Below, piece by piece: positions 1-12,740 of a stretch of 64,000 bases of DNA. Each line of letters starts with the position of its first letter. Within the stretch, counting starts at the first letter, position 1. The position numbers and the translations under genes were made by a program. Below the pieces are notes generated by a model. It saw only the letters and a list, made by a program, of their open reading frames with translations. It had not been told where the DNA came from and made no database searches. Source of the DNA: Podospora anserina. Its lineage: Eukaryota. The stretch covers positions 2,666,001 through 2,730,000 of the forward strand of contig CM030336.1 in assembly GCA_017654855.1 (NCBI GenBank), read 5' to 3'.

Positions 1-638
1 GTCCCGCCTGACTCTCTCAAACTCAACGGCGTCTTCCACCGAGCCAAGCAATATCTGCCGGGTTTCAACCCTGTCTTATGGACACATTTCGGTGGACCAA
101 AAGGTGCTTACCTGAAGCACTTGACCAGAATATCCCTTCATGATTATGGCCGCTTCATCTTCCAATACGATAGAGATGACATCCCGGAGCAATGCAGTCA
201 ATTTGGTCGGAAAGAGAAGTTGGAGCCGCGCTATTCAACGAGTCTCCATTTTGACATTGACGGCCCTGGAGGTGAGCGGATAATCGCTGTGCAAATCCGC
301 CGTAAATACTCGAAAAATATACCTATGCGTATTGAGGAAATGGATGAAGCAGAGGATGAGGAAATGGATGAAACAGAGGACGAGAGAATTGGATGAAGTA
401 GATAGAATACGGGCAGTTGGCATCTTTCAAAATAACTACCAGCCGTAGAAGGAGTTGCCGCTTTGGCTTCTTCAGGCACGTGCCTAGCAAATGGTATGTT
501 GAGACTTTCAAGGGGTCAAACTTGGTCGTGGAGAAGCCCAAGTTGATCACGGGTTTCTATGGGGAGCAATGGGGCTTGGGGATTGGGGCGCCCGGGGTTA
601 TCACTGAATATGAAGGGGTAGTTAATGCCCTCGATTAA
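1..638 (+). pseudogene. 3' part of a degenerate hypothetical gene (IDGPGGE-motif fungal domain, often downstream of an F-box)
   Basis: ORFs 121-396 (HFDIDGPGGERIIAV) and 417-638 (SFKITTSRRRSC...ITGFYG) read as one domain split by a stop and frameshift; 5' end lies outside the window. Confidence 0.45.
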
Positions 639-1122
639 TCTTCTTCAAGCCTTTCGGCTATCTTTCAAGGCATGTATATTTAACACCCATTTACTATCTT
701 AAAAGGAATCCTAGTTATCTTTTAAGGCATATCAACTATCTTGAAAGCCATGTTGACCACCTATCTTTTCAGGCCTTGATCTTGTGCCGCATTCTCTATT
801 CTTTTGTGTATGGTGTGTCAGGTCATCATTGGATATATCAGCGCTATGTCTGGTCAATCATTCGCTCCCTCTGTTGCTGTGCTCCTTCTTTGCGGCCCAT
901 CAGTGGCTGCCAGCGCTGGGAAGGTGCTTCCTACCTTGTCAGCCCGATTCTCAGCCCGAGTGAGGGGTATGTTACCGAGAGCCTGCTTTCCTTGACATTT
1001 CTTGGTTCATTTCTTTCTGAGCACAATCAGGCTCCCGCAATTCGTGGTTGACTCAGAAACCGTCAACCTCTTCCTCCACGCATCGACCATCGCAAACGAC
1101 ACCCGTCACGTGCAGCGCTAAC

Positions 1123-3779
1123 AAGGACCCTGTTACCTCTATCGGTCTGGTATCGGCCATCCTGTCATTCGTCACGTCTGGTACGAAGCTGGTCAAAGGC
1201 GGCATCGAAATACACTGCGAGGGAAATCTGTCGGAAAATGCCACGCTGGAAGATGTGATCGCCAGGATGGACCCCTTCCAGACACGTTTGTTCTCAGGTG
1301 TCTTCCTAGAGACGAGTCCTTGTCGGACAACGAAAAGGATCTACGCCATATTGCAGAGGACTGTCATCGGATTGCCAGTGACCTTCTACACCTTCTCAGA
1401 ACCATGAGACGACCAGACTCAAAGGGGCTGCAGGCTGCTTGGGGAACGATAGCTGCGTCATGGAGAAGCCTTATCCACGGTAAAGAAAAAGCAGACTTGG
1501 AAGGACGGGCTGGACAAGTGCTATGGTCGTCTCACTACGGTTTTAGTTTGGTCCACCAAGTTCAGAGTCGATAGCATTGCTTCGTCGGCTCGTGGTAATT
1601 CGAGGAAACTACACCAGATTCAGACAAGCATTGACGAGCTGAGACATGCTCAACAGGCTTCGGCAGCGTCGACACTGATGCAAATTATCTTTCATCACGC
1701 TTCCACACAAACGTCATTGGAAAAATGGGCGGGTGAGTGATGCCACCAAAGCCTCGGACATGAGGAGAGCTGATTTCAGGATGGCAGGGCGTCGCACTCT
1801 TGTCAAGGTCAATTTTCTTTTTTTCTACCGTCATCGGCGGTGCCCAACAGAAGCTTGTAGGACTGACGAGAACTCTTCTTCACGATATTCTCAGATGCTG
1901 CCCTGAAATGACGCCGGTCCTTCTCCCTGAAGCCTGGGATGAAGTCAATAGCGTTCCGCAGGAAACGATGCTTTTCAAATTGACGGTGCGACCGCCTTAC
2001 GGGCTCTCAACCAAATCTTTCAGGATGCTCCGCAGAGCACCAATTGCTTTTGCGTGTTCATCGACGGCCTTGATGAATTCCAGGACCCAGATGGGTGGGA
2101 TCAGTCCGACTTGGTCGACCTGCTCTACAAATGGGCACCTGCAGGGCAGTCCAGTGTCAAATTATGTGTCGCAAGTAGAGAGCAGACGGCCTTCTGCAAC
2201 AAATTTGCGCCGGAGCTCACGATTCGTCTACACGATCTTACGCGGTACGATATGGAACGATTTGTGGAGGAAGACTGCAAAAGGTACCGGACGTTGAACT
2301 CAAACAAAAGCTGATTCGGACTATCCCTCAAAAGGCTGAAGTTGTGTTCATCTGGGCCAAGCTCGTTGTCGGAGAGATACGGGAGGATTTGAATATGGGC
2401 GATGCAGTTGATCTCGACTTGAACATACTCGATCGTTTCCCAGCTGGCCTGCAACCGCTTCTCGACAGAACAGTGGCAACCATCCCCGAAAGACACCGTC
2501 GTAACGCGTATCTTGTCTTTGCCATACTTCCGGTGATGGAGTGACTTATAATCCCTTGTTCCGTCGTTGCGCTCTCTTTCCTATACATGAGTATTGCAAA
2601 AACCCCCAGTTTGCATCTACACTTACTCCTCTGAAGTGGCAACTAGAAATAGTGGTAGACGCAGATACGGTCATCGATTCTGATGACGAGCGTGTTGATA
2701 AGGCCAAGACCCAGCTTCGAACCTGGTGCAGGGGGCTGGTGGAGGTGTTGATTGTTCACCCAGGTGCTTCGGCACGGAGCACTTGGGGTCTAGGTACTGG
2801 TATCAGTTACCCGTCACGGATGCTACTGCATCAAACCTATTTTTCACACAGAACAATCTCGGAGTATTTCCAGGAGGCTGTGGTTCAAGATGTTCTGCTC
2901 AAAGGCGGAGTGACGAGGGATACCACTCATGACGCCATTTCGCAGATGCTCCTCGTCGAATTCTGCCACTGCGGCCCTCTCTCCCGTATATGCCACCCTG
3001 GCTGGATGAAACAGCTGCTCCTTCTTCGACACAAACATTCTTTGGACGGTCCGCCGTTTGTGTTCTTGGAACGCCTGCAAAATATCATGACCCGCAGGCA
3101 AGTGGTAATGCGGTTTATCCTTGCCGAACAGAGGGAAAAGCAGCACCTGGAGCTGAATCCCAACAAGGACCACGATTCGTCTCAAACTCGAGGCGAGATA
3201 ATTGACATTGGAACCATCGCAATGAGCGAAATGCCAGGCATGCCGTGGTGGAGTGACAAAGTAAAACTTTGCGGACCGTTTTTCACAGCGATCCGGTGCG
3301 GGAAGTACGAGTATCCCACTTGGAAGCTGCAGACTGACCACAACTTCAATCCCGATCTATTAAGTATCGCCGCAACAGTTTACCTCGCCGTTGGCGCCAG
3401 CCATGTGAGCCCTTCACGCTATGGGAAGGTGACTGGGCTTGATCCAACCGATCAGCAGCATTGCGACTTTTTGGAACAAGTCCTTACGAAATATCGGAAA
3501 CACCTTTTCAACAAGACGACATTTGTGCCCAGGCCCACATACACAAATCCGTGGAAGAGGAAATTTCGAGACGAGCGTTCAACTAATACGGTCACACCCG
3601 AAGAATGCCTGACTATCTGGGAGCATTATATCATGTGGCAGTTCGGTGGAACGATTTCTGACCATGTGTCAACACTATCCGATAAAGACTCTGATTCTTA
3701 TCAGCAAAGAAGGCGCGAGGAAGCTTTCTGTCGCTGTGTAAGTATTGCACGCACAGTTGAAACTTGTACGTCGTCTTAG
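1123..3779 (+). pseudogene. Degenerate fungal NLR-like NACHT (STAND) gene
   Basis: N-terminal helical motif (K)DPVTSIGLVSAILSFVTSGTKLV with AAG where ATG is expected. NACHT segments FFF...LVGLTRTLLHDIL, Walker B FIDGLDEF and FIWAKLVV...LDRFPAGL are spread over several frames. No Walker A seen. Confidence 0.8.
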
Positions 3780-6356
3780 CCGGGCCTGTTAACATGGGAT
3801 CAAGGGGCACTTCTCACAGCTCTGGTTGCTTCCTTTCTCGAAGGAAGGAAGCGGCACTTGAATGACACGAATAGGATCTAAGCTAAGAGATGATAGCTGG
3901 GACTGGGGATAATAAAAGCTGGGATTAGGGCGATGAGAGCTCGGTTTAATGACAATAAGTTTGGATTAACGACAGTACAAGCCTGGGTTAGAATGATATA
4001 AGCTTGGGATACCTAGCCTGGGGATGGTAGCTATCTGGGAAGCCCTTGGTCACACCAAAATCACCATCAACTGAACAAAGTCCTATCTAGATATCACACA
4101 AGCACATAGGATAGGTCCACGAAACTCCAGTACGACAGGAACATGTATCCGATCAATGGGGGGGCCCAACCACCTCACTGGACGCAGGTACAAGGCACGT
4201 GTTGCGGCGTGACATGCACGGAGCGAGGGAGCCGGAGTCGGGAGGATTACAAGGTGTGTGATGGATGGTGGTGTTTGCGTGTCGCGGAACCAGCTGACGT
4301 TCAATGTCCAGAAAGCAGTGGCTGTCATGAAATGTATAGGTTGTTGATAATCCTCGCGTATCGGCGGCTGGGAGGCAGATCGGATGCTACTTTGGGAAGA
4401 GACGCGAAGCGCGGAGGGAGACGTTGAGCAGTTGAGCCGAGGCGCGCGCTTCTTTAATTCTTGACAGCTTGACGCGAAGAAATCCAGACGACAAGAGGCA
4501 TTTGCGATTGACGGCATTATCGGAATTTCATGTCAATGATGAGAAGCTGGAAAAGGGAGAGAGCATTTGGGTTGGTCTGGAAGCATTTGTTTGTGGAGCA
4601 TGTGGAAGAGGGCTGTGCAGCAAACGGCAGGGCTTGCAATTTCGGGTTTATGCAGCCACCCCGGCGTGTTCTTTAATTTTTATTTCTTTGAAATGCCTTG
4701 CCCTCCGTCCCGTTTGTTGTTGTTGATGTCGTTGTTATGCGGGTGGAGACATGTTCGTATTCAGCGGTTCCGTGTCTACAATTTATTTATTTAACCCCAA
4801 ATCGCCTGACAGCCGACAGTAACGGTACGACAAAAACAACCAACCGCCAATGAAGTTGCAGCGCCAGCAGAGAAGCAGAAGTGATCAGCTCAGGTCAAGA
4901 CAGACGGACTCACTCGAGGGTGGAGAGGGAGAGGGGGTGGGAAACTGAATGCACAAAAAATGAAAACGGCTGGCGGCGTGCTTTGGACCGAACCCCCCGT
5001 GTTTCTTGTTTCAAGTTGGACTCCCCGGCCCCGCCGCCACCAGATGCCCAGCGCCCAGCGCCCAGCCTAGAGGCTATCGCCAGTTTGCCGCTGTATTTTT
5101 TCTTTTGTTTGACATTTGGAGCACTATCCCTATTGACTCCATCGACAACAGGGCACGGGGACCGCTATCGTTCAAATTGGCTATCCAGTGTCCAAAAATA
5201 CACCAATTATCCCGGCATGACAGGTATGAGGGCGGAGGAAAACCGTTTGAATGGCCGGCGCCGCCGTGAACACGAATGCAGATGCTGGGAACGTGGCAGG
5301 GTGACACACAGTGTGTGCATAATTTGCCAGGGTTGGTATCGTGGGAGTTGGGACGATGCTCAGATGACAGATGCTGATAGAGCAAAGGCTTGGGAGTCAG
5401 ACGGCAGCAGTAACATGGGATGCGATTCTCCTAACGGCACATCAGGGCCGCGACCTTGCAGTGATCGGCGGAAGAGAGCCGGGCCCCTGAAATTTGTTCT
5501 CCTCTGCCAACGCGCTTCCATTGGCCCACTGGGCCGTGTGGGTGCTCCGTCGCGCTAGGCTCGGTTGGGACGACACCTGGGGGAAGCGACGACTGGCGAG
5601 GAGGGTGCCCCTGCAGGGAAGCACAGAAGCACAGCGACGAGCCCCCAGCATCCCGAGGTCCCAGTGCAATTTCGTTTTCGCTTGCACCCTTCCCCCTGGC
5701 TCTCTCCCTCCCTCGCCCAGTCGCCCAGTTTCTCCATCTGCAACAAAACCACTGTCACTCCTTATCTCGTAATAACCAAAGTCGCTCATTTTCAACCCAT
5801 TCGTGTGTGTAGTGTACCTACCATCTCCTCGATCTTCGATTCTTCATCAAACCATACATCGAACATCGACAACAGCATCGACGACGACGGCGACGACGAC
5901 AACACGCCTACACCCAGTCCGAGACGAAGGCGATGCGCGCTCACCAGTAGTCCGTCCACCGAAACAGGGAGACGAGAACATCCAACGCAACCACCGAACC
6001 ATCTTTGCCCGATCCCACCCGATCGCGACCACTCGTTTACAACACCACTTCGCTTCACCTTTCTGTCCATTTTCATCGCCCTTTGGCATCCCAGCGCCCG
6101 TTTTGAAAAGGTTCTGTGAACCTGTGGCCGATACCCAACACACGCAACAAAAAAGAGAAAGAGAATAAGAAGAAGCGAACTGGCCGACGCCGCCATCGTT
6201 GAAGTGGACCAACCCAGTCACCTGAGCAAGGTAGCAGCCGCCAAAGCAATCGACAGTGCAGAGTACCTAGGGTAGGACCATTCGGGCACCTTGGACATCG
6301 CGAACCGTCGCCGCGACACCTCCATCTTTGACCTCGTCACCTTCCCACAACCCAAG

Positions 6357-7356
6357 ATGAAGTCGATAGCCATCTTCGCCGCGGCGCTGCTCGCTGTCGC
6401 CGAGGCCTTTCCAGAAAAGCAGATGGCGGCCCGCCAGACCACCCCCAAAATTCCTGTTGCAGTACAAAAGCCGATCGAAGACGCCAGACTGAACGCGCAG
6501 ACAAACCAAGGATGCTTCAAATCAGCTGGCAATAACATGACGTTTGTTACAGTCATTCAGTACAACTCAATCGGAGAGTGTGCTTTGAAAACTTGCGTTC
6601 CAAAAGGATTCACGGCCGCTGCCACCACGGGCGGCAACCAGTGCTGGTGTGGCTACAAGTACCCGCCCGAGGATGATTTGGTTGACAACAAGAAATGCGA
6701 CGTTGGCTGCACTGGCTTTGGCGAAGAGGCCTGTAAGTTTGCCGGCTCCGATGTGTTGTGGGAAAGACGACAACATGCTAACACGATGATGCCCAGGCGG
6801 CGGAAAGAATTATTTCTCGGTGTACAACACAGGACTGACATTAGATGTGGATTTTGCCGAAGATAGCGGACCGACGGGAGAGAAACACAAGACAAGCACA
6901 ACTTCGACAACAGCCGCGCCAACCCAGGTGGTCACACTGCCTCCAAGCGTCGTCACGCAAACACAAGCACCAGTCGAAGAGGAGGAGAAGAAGGGCGGCA
7001 AGAACGTGGCCGGCATCGTTGCCGGTGTGGTGGTTGGTGTGATCGCCGCCGTGGGTCTTGCCACGGGCGCGTACCTCTACCTCCGCCGCAAGAGGAACAA
7101 GGAGATTGAAGAGGAGCATCGTCGCAACGCTGCCGTGAGCGCCTTTATTGGCCAACCCCCCGGAAGCAGCCGCGGCAGTGGCATTTCCGGCGCCGACTCC
7201 CGCATGGACCCAGTCATGGCCCAGAGGAGGATGAGTGACGGCAGTATCGCCGACAACGAAGATTACTCCAGGAAGATCCTTCGCGTAGGTTTTGACTCTG
7301 CTCAAGGCCCAAGATGGTACCGCTCACTGACAACTCAACAGGTCACCAATGCATGA
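6357..7356 (+). CDS. WSC-domain cell-wall integrity sensor (Wsc1/Slg1-like); introns 6733-6796 and 7285-7341
   Basis: Signal peptide, WSC cysteines (QGCF...CWCG...CDVGCTG...ACGG), Thr-rich stalk, TM helix VAGIVAGVVVGV and conserved tail DYSRKILRVTNA after splicing. Confidence 0.92.
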
Positions 7357-9473
7357 TCAATTTTCCGGCTATCGACCAAAGTGATGACGACAAACGAACT
7401 CGCCTGTATTTTAACCTTTGAACATCTGCATAATATCGGCGTATCAGGAGGGGATATCTGCCGCAATCTTGTTTACCATTTCGGAACCCACATCGAATAT
7501 CACGCGAGCGAGCAAGCGAGCAAACAGCATGAGCGGGCGTTATCCGACTTGAAGGAATATTTTTGCGTTGTAGGGTTTGAGCAAAAGTGACCGAATCCCG
7601 CAGTTGGGGTATCTCGGTTGCTCCTATCTTTGCTCAACACCATTGCATGAATGCTTGGTCTATCCTCTCCTTTTTCTGCTACTTTTTTGTTTTCTTTTAC
7701 GTCCAGCTCTCCTGCTACACAAAAATCCGGTGGACCCCGGCCTTGTTTCTCTCTCTCTATCTCTCTCTCTGTCTCTCAGACAGGAGGGGGTGGGAAGAAA
7801 GAAACAAAAATTGGGAGGGGGAGTTGATAAAGCTCCGGTCGGTCATTTTTTTTATTTTACTAGCTGTCAATTTTTTTTGCTGTGTTATGGGAATTGGGAT
7901 GGGATATTGAAAGAAGACCCTACCTTTGTTTGGGGGGGGGGTGTGGAGGAAGAGGGAAGGAGTAGGGGGAAAGAGAGAAATATAAAGGAAATATTTTACA
8001 TATCTATCATCTCAGATGACGTACTTACACCTACGTATCCTATCCTATCTACCTTGTCTATCTATACCTGACTATTACTCTGGCTTTTTGCTTTGGTGTT
8101 TGTTGGTTTGGTCGGAGAAGGGGGAAGAGTCATCGTTCTGCATGATTTCTGCTTTTGATGATTGGTTTGAGGAAGATTATTGATGACTGAGTTTGGGTGG
8201 TGGCTTGTGTTTGCGTGCTTTTGTTGATGCTTTTGACAGTTCCATTCTACATGCTCGTATGCCCACTCACTTTGGCGTGTTTAATTTTATATCAAGCTCA
8301 AAACATCATTAGCTTAAGGTACGATGAGTGAGGTTGAGACATTGGCCTCTCAATCTACTCTCCTTTTTTTCTTGGCTTAACCATGGTTAATTTCTGACTA
8401 CTTGCTGTTTTTTTGACAAGAATGACAGAATTATATCTATCCAAAACGCAATATCTGTTTACGCAATCTACAAAAAAAAATCCGACTGCAGAGATGATAC
8501 CCTTAAGCAACAGAGAGGTGAAGTTGAGGTCTAAAATCCCGTGATATGCAGTGTCACGTTATTTGCCAGGTCATCCCTGGGCGAATCAGAAAAGGGGATT
8601 GAGAGCAAAAATAGGGGACCGACCGACCATCATTGAACTTGTTTGGGATGGGATGGAGGGAGGGAGGATGATGTGCTGCTATGTATCCGGGTGTTTGAGG
8701 ATCATTCTGTTTTTCCAGGAAAAAGGCACCAAGACAAAAAAGAGGCAGCCCGGATGTGTGTATGTTGTTTCGAAACGAGACGGGTTGTGAGAGAGAGCGG
8801 GCGGGCGGGAGGGAGGGGGGAGTTGTGGTGATCTTTTGCTTTTTGGGTGTTTGTGAAACGGGGTTGTTTTCAGGGGTTGGAACGAGCGGGAGGGGGAAAG
8901 ACGTGGGAGGCTGAGAAAATTTCATGGCGATTGACTGGCATGTGGTTGAGGGGCTGGATGGGTGGACTAGATACCGAGAGCTTTTGAACTGAGTCAACTG
9001 GTAAAGCATCTTGGTTGTTCCAACAAATAAACGCGAGAAAGCAGTCAAAGATTCGAACCGTTTTGATGTCCGTTTCGAGGGTGGTTGACGCAGCGGAGGA
9101 TGAGTAGCTGTTTACCGAGCCAGAGATGGAGCAATGGAAGCGCACTCCATTGGCATCGGCAACTTCACCACTGTTTACACACCAGCCAGTGATGAGCTAT
9201 TCGAAAGGCCCGAAATCTTCACAAAGCAATAATTCCAACATTGAGACGATACAGTATTCGCCAGTATTGAGGTTCTGCTCTCTTCAAATATTCGCTGCAT
9301 CCTCTTTTCGGTTGTGCCAATCCCACTGCCGACGCTACCCGCCCGCCCAAAACTCGACGTCATTCCCGCGGCCATAGCTCCCCATCTCAACCGCTAGAAA
9401 CTTTCACCTTCTCATCACCACTACCACCACCATCACCACCGGCCAAGCCCAAACCATCATCACAACCACAACA

Positions 9474-10523
9474 ATGGCCCCCCGTCTCACCCCCCTCCGC
9501 CTCCTCCCCCGGCTGGCCCAAAGAGCCTTCTACTCCACAGAAGCGCCCGGCCCCCTCCTCAGAATAACCGACATCCCGGCCCCCTCGACCGGCCACATCC
9601 GCATCCTCGAGCTCAACCGCCCCTCCGCCCGCAACGCCATCTCCCGCGCCCTCCTCGACTCCCTCCGCTCCGAGATCGAGGACGTCCACGAGCAATATGA
9701 CCCCGCGACCGGCGAGGAACTCCCAACCCCTCAATGGAAAAAGAGATTCGGGGGTGTGGCGGGGGAGGACGAGAAAGGTCCCACGCGGGCGTTGGTGATT
9801 GCCAGTGCGGTTGATGCTAGTTTTTGCGCGGGCGCGGATCTAAAGGAGAGGAGGGGGTTTACGCAGGAGGAGTAAGTATTGCGATATGAGGGAGGGGATG
9901 GGAGGGGGGGCTAATATGGAAATAGGACTGCCGCTTTTTTGTCGAATCTCAGGAGTACCCTGACTTCGCTGTCGAATCTGCCTATTCCTACTATTTCGGC
10001 CATCTCGTCGCTGGCGCTTGGGGGAGGGTTGGAGTTGGCTTTGTCGACGCACTTCAGGGTCATGACGTCGAATGCTGTGGTTGGGTTGCCTGAGACGAGG
10101 TTGGGGATTATTCCTGGTGCTGGGGGGACTTACCGTCTTCCTGCTCTGATCGGTATCAACAGGGCGAGGGATTTAATCCTTACTGGGAGGAGGGTTTCCG
10201 CTCCGGAGGCGTATTTCCTTGGGCTGGCGGATAGGTTGGTCGAGGTGCAGCCCGAGAAGGAGTGGGAGGGTTTGCATGAGAAGGAGAGGGATGGGAAGGT
10301 GCTGGACTTGGCGAGAAGGACTGCGTTGAGTGAGGCGGTGAGGTTGGCGACGGAGATTAGCGAGGGGGGGCCGATTGCGATCAGGGCGGGGTTGAAGGCG
10401 GTTGGGGAGCCGATGGAGGCGGTGGAGAATGATATGTATTTGAGGGTGGTGAATACTGAGGATAAGTATGAGGCGTTGAGGGCGTTTGGGGAGAAGAGGA
10501 AGCCTGTGTTTAAGGGGAGGTAA
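9474..10523 (+). CDS. Mitochondrial enoyl-CoA hydratase / methylglutaconyl-CoA hydratase (crotonase family); intron 9872-9925
   Basis: LNRPSARNAIS, FCAGADLKER, ALGGGLELAL and PETRLGIIPGAGGT motifs; Arg/Leu-rich presequence. Confidence 0.93.
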
Positions 10524-11206
10524 GTGTACTAGCTGATGAGTATATAATTTTGGCCGGCAAAGGAAGTAGAGGTTGAGGATGGGATAAAACCGTCATTACA
10601 AGGCCGGCATGTGGTCTGGCCGGAACATCCTGTGATGTTGTGGCGATTGGGTTTGACTTTTGGAACGGCCTCGTCCGGCTGTGGCATGACTAGCTATTTT
10701 CTCCACGATCGACCGTCATCGGTTGACTGGGTGTCTCAAAATCTATCTTGGATACTGAAGCTGCAATTGTTTGTTTCTGTTCCTCGACCACAGTGTTCCA
10801 ATATATGTAATATTAGAGATCTAGACCCTTGAAATGGCCTCAAGCCCAATTGTCCAATCGCAGCCTCCCCCAGCCCAACACAAGCACATGCCATCAGAAT
10901 TTCTCTTTATCTCTAGCCTGCAGCCAAACGGCAAGAGTGACACGGCAGATCGGGGTTGAAACTGCTCCCAAGCTCCCCCACCAAAACGTCATCTGGGAGC
11001 TCTTCCGTGGACCACCAACGAAAGTATGACATCATCACCCGCTTCCAACGCCTGCCTTTATAACAACCACCACCATCACACAGACATGTGTTCATCCTAT
11101 TCTTTTTTTATTCAGTACTGCAAACACACAGACAAACCTCCATTTCTGTCAATATACTCGGCCGAAAACTATCGCAACGACTACAAACACCTAAACAAAA
11201 GTCAAA

Positions 11207-11778
11207 ATGTCCTTCCTCACCGAAGCCACAACCCGTCGCCTGGCCACCCTCTCCACCCAGGCCATCCGCTCCACAACCGTCACCACTACCGCGCCCAGAG
11301 CCGCTTTTTCGAGCAGCGTTACGCTGCAGAAGACGGTTGCTGACACGACGAAGGACACGCTCAAGACGGTGGACAGGACCATGAGCGATAAGTTGGTTGA
11401 TGCCATTGATATTGGGTGTACGTCTCCCACCCATTTTTCCTCCCCCGTTCCCAACTGACATGTGGTTGCCCTACCCTAGCAACCGTCGCCTCCAAAGTAA
11501 AGGAAGTAGCCGAAGACGTCACCGGCCAAAAGAACACCGGCGCTGCTGCCGATCTCAAGGGGCAAGCCGCCGGTATGGCCAAGAATGTGAGCGGTCAAGC
11601 CCAGGGCAAGGCTAATGAGCTGGCGGGCAAAGCTCAGAAGATGGGGGGTCAGGCGCAGGGAAAGGCGCAGGAGTTGAGCGGACAGGCGCAGGGCAAGGCG
11701 AGCGAGGTTGCGGGCAAGGCCAAGGGGGCGGCTTATGAGGCTGAGGGGAAGGCTAAGGGGGCTGCGGGCGAGTTGTAA
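11207..11778 (+). CDS. LEA-like repeat protein with probable mitochondrial presequence; intron 11418-11479
   Basis: 11-mer repeats GQAQGKAQELS/GKAKGAAYEAE; GTACGT...CTGAC...TAG intron joins the two ORFs in frame. Confidence 0.85.
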
Positions 11779-12740
11779 TGAAGAAGTGGTGATACCCGGT
11801 TGAGAAGGGAAGATGGGGGCGGGTGTGTATGATGAGTAACGAGTTTTTTTCTTTTAAAAGTTCTGAGCAAGGGCATGCATCAAATGGAAAGTGGGTTCAT
11901 TCTTCACTTCGGTCAAACATATCGTGATAGCTCCTCACGGCACCAGCCGTGTCACTTCAGGCACATATCAAGAACGGCAACATCGACGCAAAGCAAGTAA
12001 ATGTACCAGCATCTTAAACCCCTTAGTCAGGTAGAGCAGACAACAACCCAGGCAAAAGCCCAGATCATCATCATGCCCAACCAAGGCAGAACACTCTGAA
12101 CGAATGCGTTGTAATAGATGCCAGCGGACCAAAAAACCTCGAGACCCCGAACCTTACTGCCCCTCGCCATCGTGTGGGAAGGATCTAGTAGGCCAGGCAA
12201 ATCCGTCTTTAGCTTCTCGGCCAACAGTTGCTCTACCGCTCGGAATACAGAGCTGGATCAAGGATGGGTCTCGCCTTGTGCTCCACCAAGCCGTGCGGAA
12301 TTTGGGTAGGGGTGGTAACAGACAATAGAAACAGGGGAGGAGAAACACAAAGGGAGAGAAGAAGGAACAATAAAAAAAATAAAAAAAGAGGGCAAACATT
12401 TCATTGTCTTGATGATCAAAATCGATGTTGCCTCGCTGATTGGGTATCCTACATTCTTCTTCTTCCCTCTCTCTCAGTACAATAAAATCGTTTCAAAAGT
12501 CCGTTATCAATATTTGGTTCCCTGGGCAAACGACACCCGACGCCGGCGTTCGCCCCGTCTCACTCCCTCCTCGAGAGACTGCTTCGCAGATCGCTTCGCT
12601 GACAGCAGAAACAAGGGGGACTCGTTGTCTGATTCTTCCGCGCATTGGGCCCTACACACACTTGTTAAATCAAACCATTGTGAACAGAGACAAAAAACAT
12701 ACCACTCCTTCGCCCCCATCCTCCTCATCGAAAAAGGCTT

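Noticed and set aside
4083-6290. Many overlapping ORFs of 60-225 aa
   Set aside because: Low-complexity promoter and 5' UTR of the WSC gene; no domain signal or codon bias.
7749-7777. (CT)n microsatellite and nearby poly-G
   Set aside because: Ordinary 3' UTR simple repeats.
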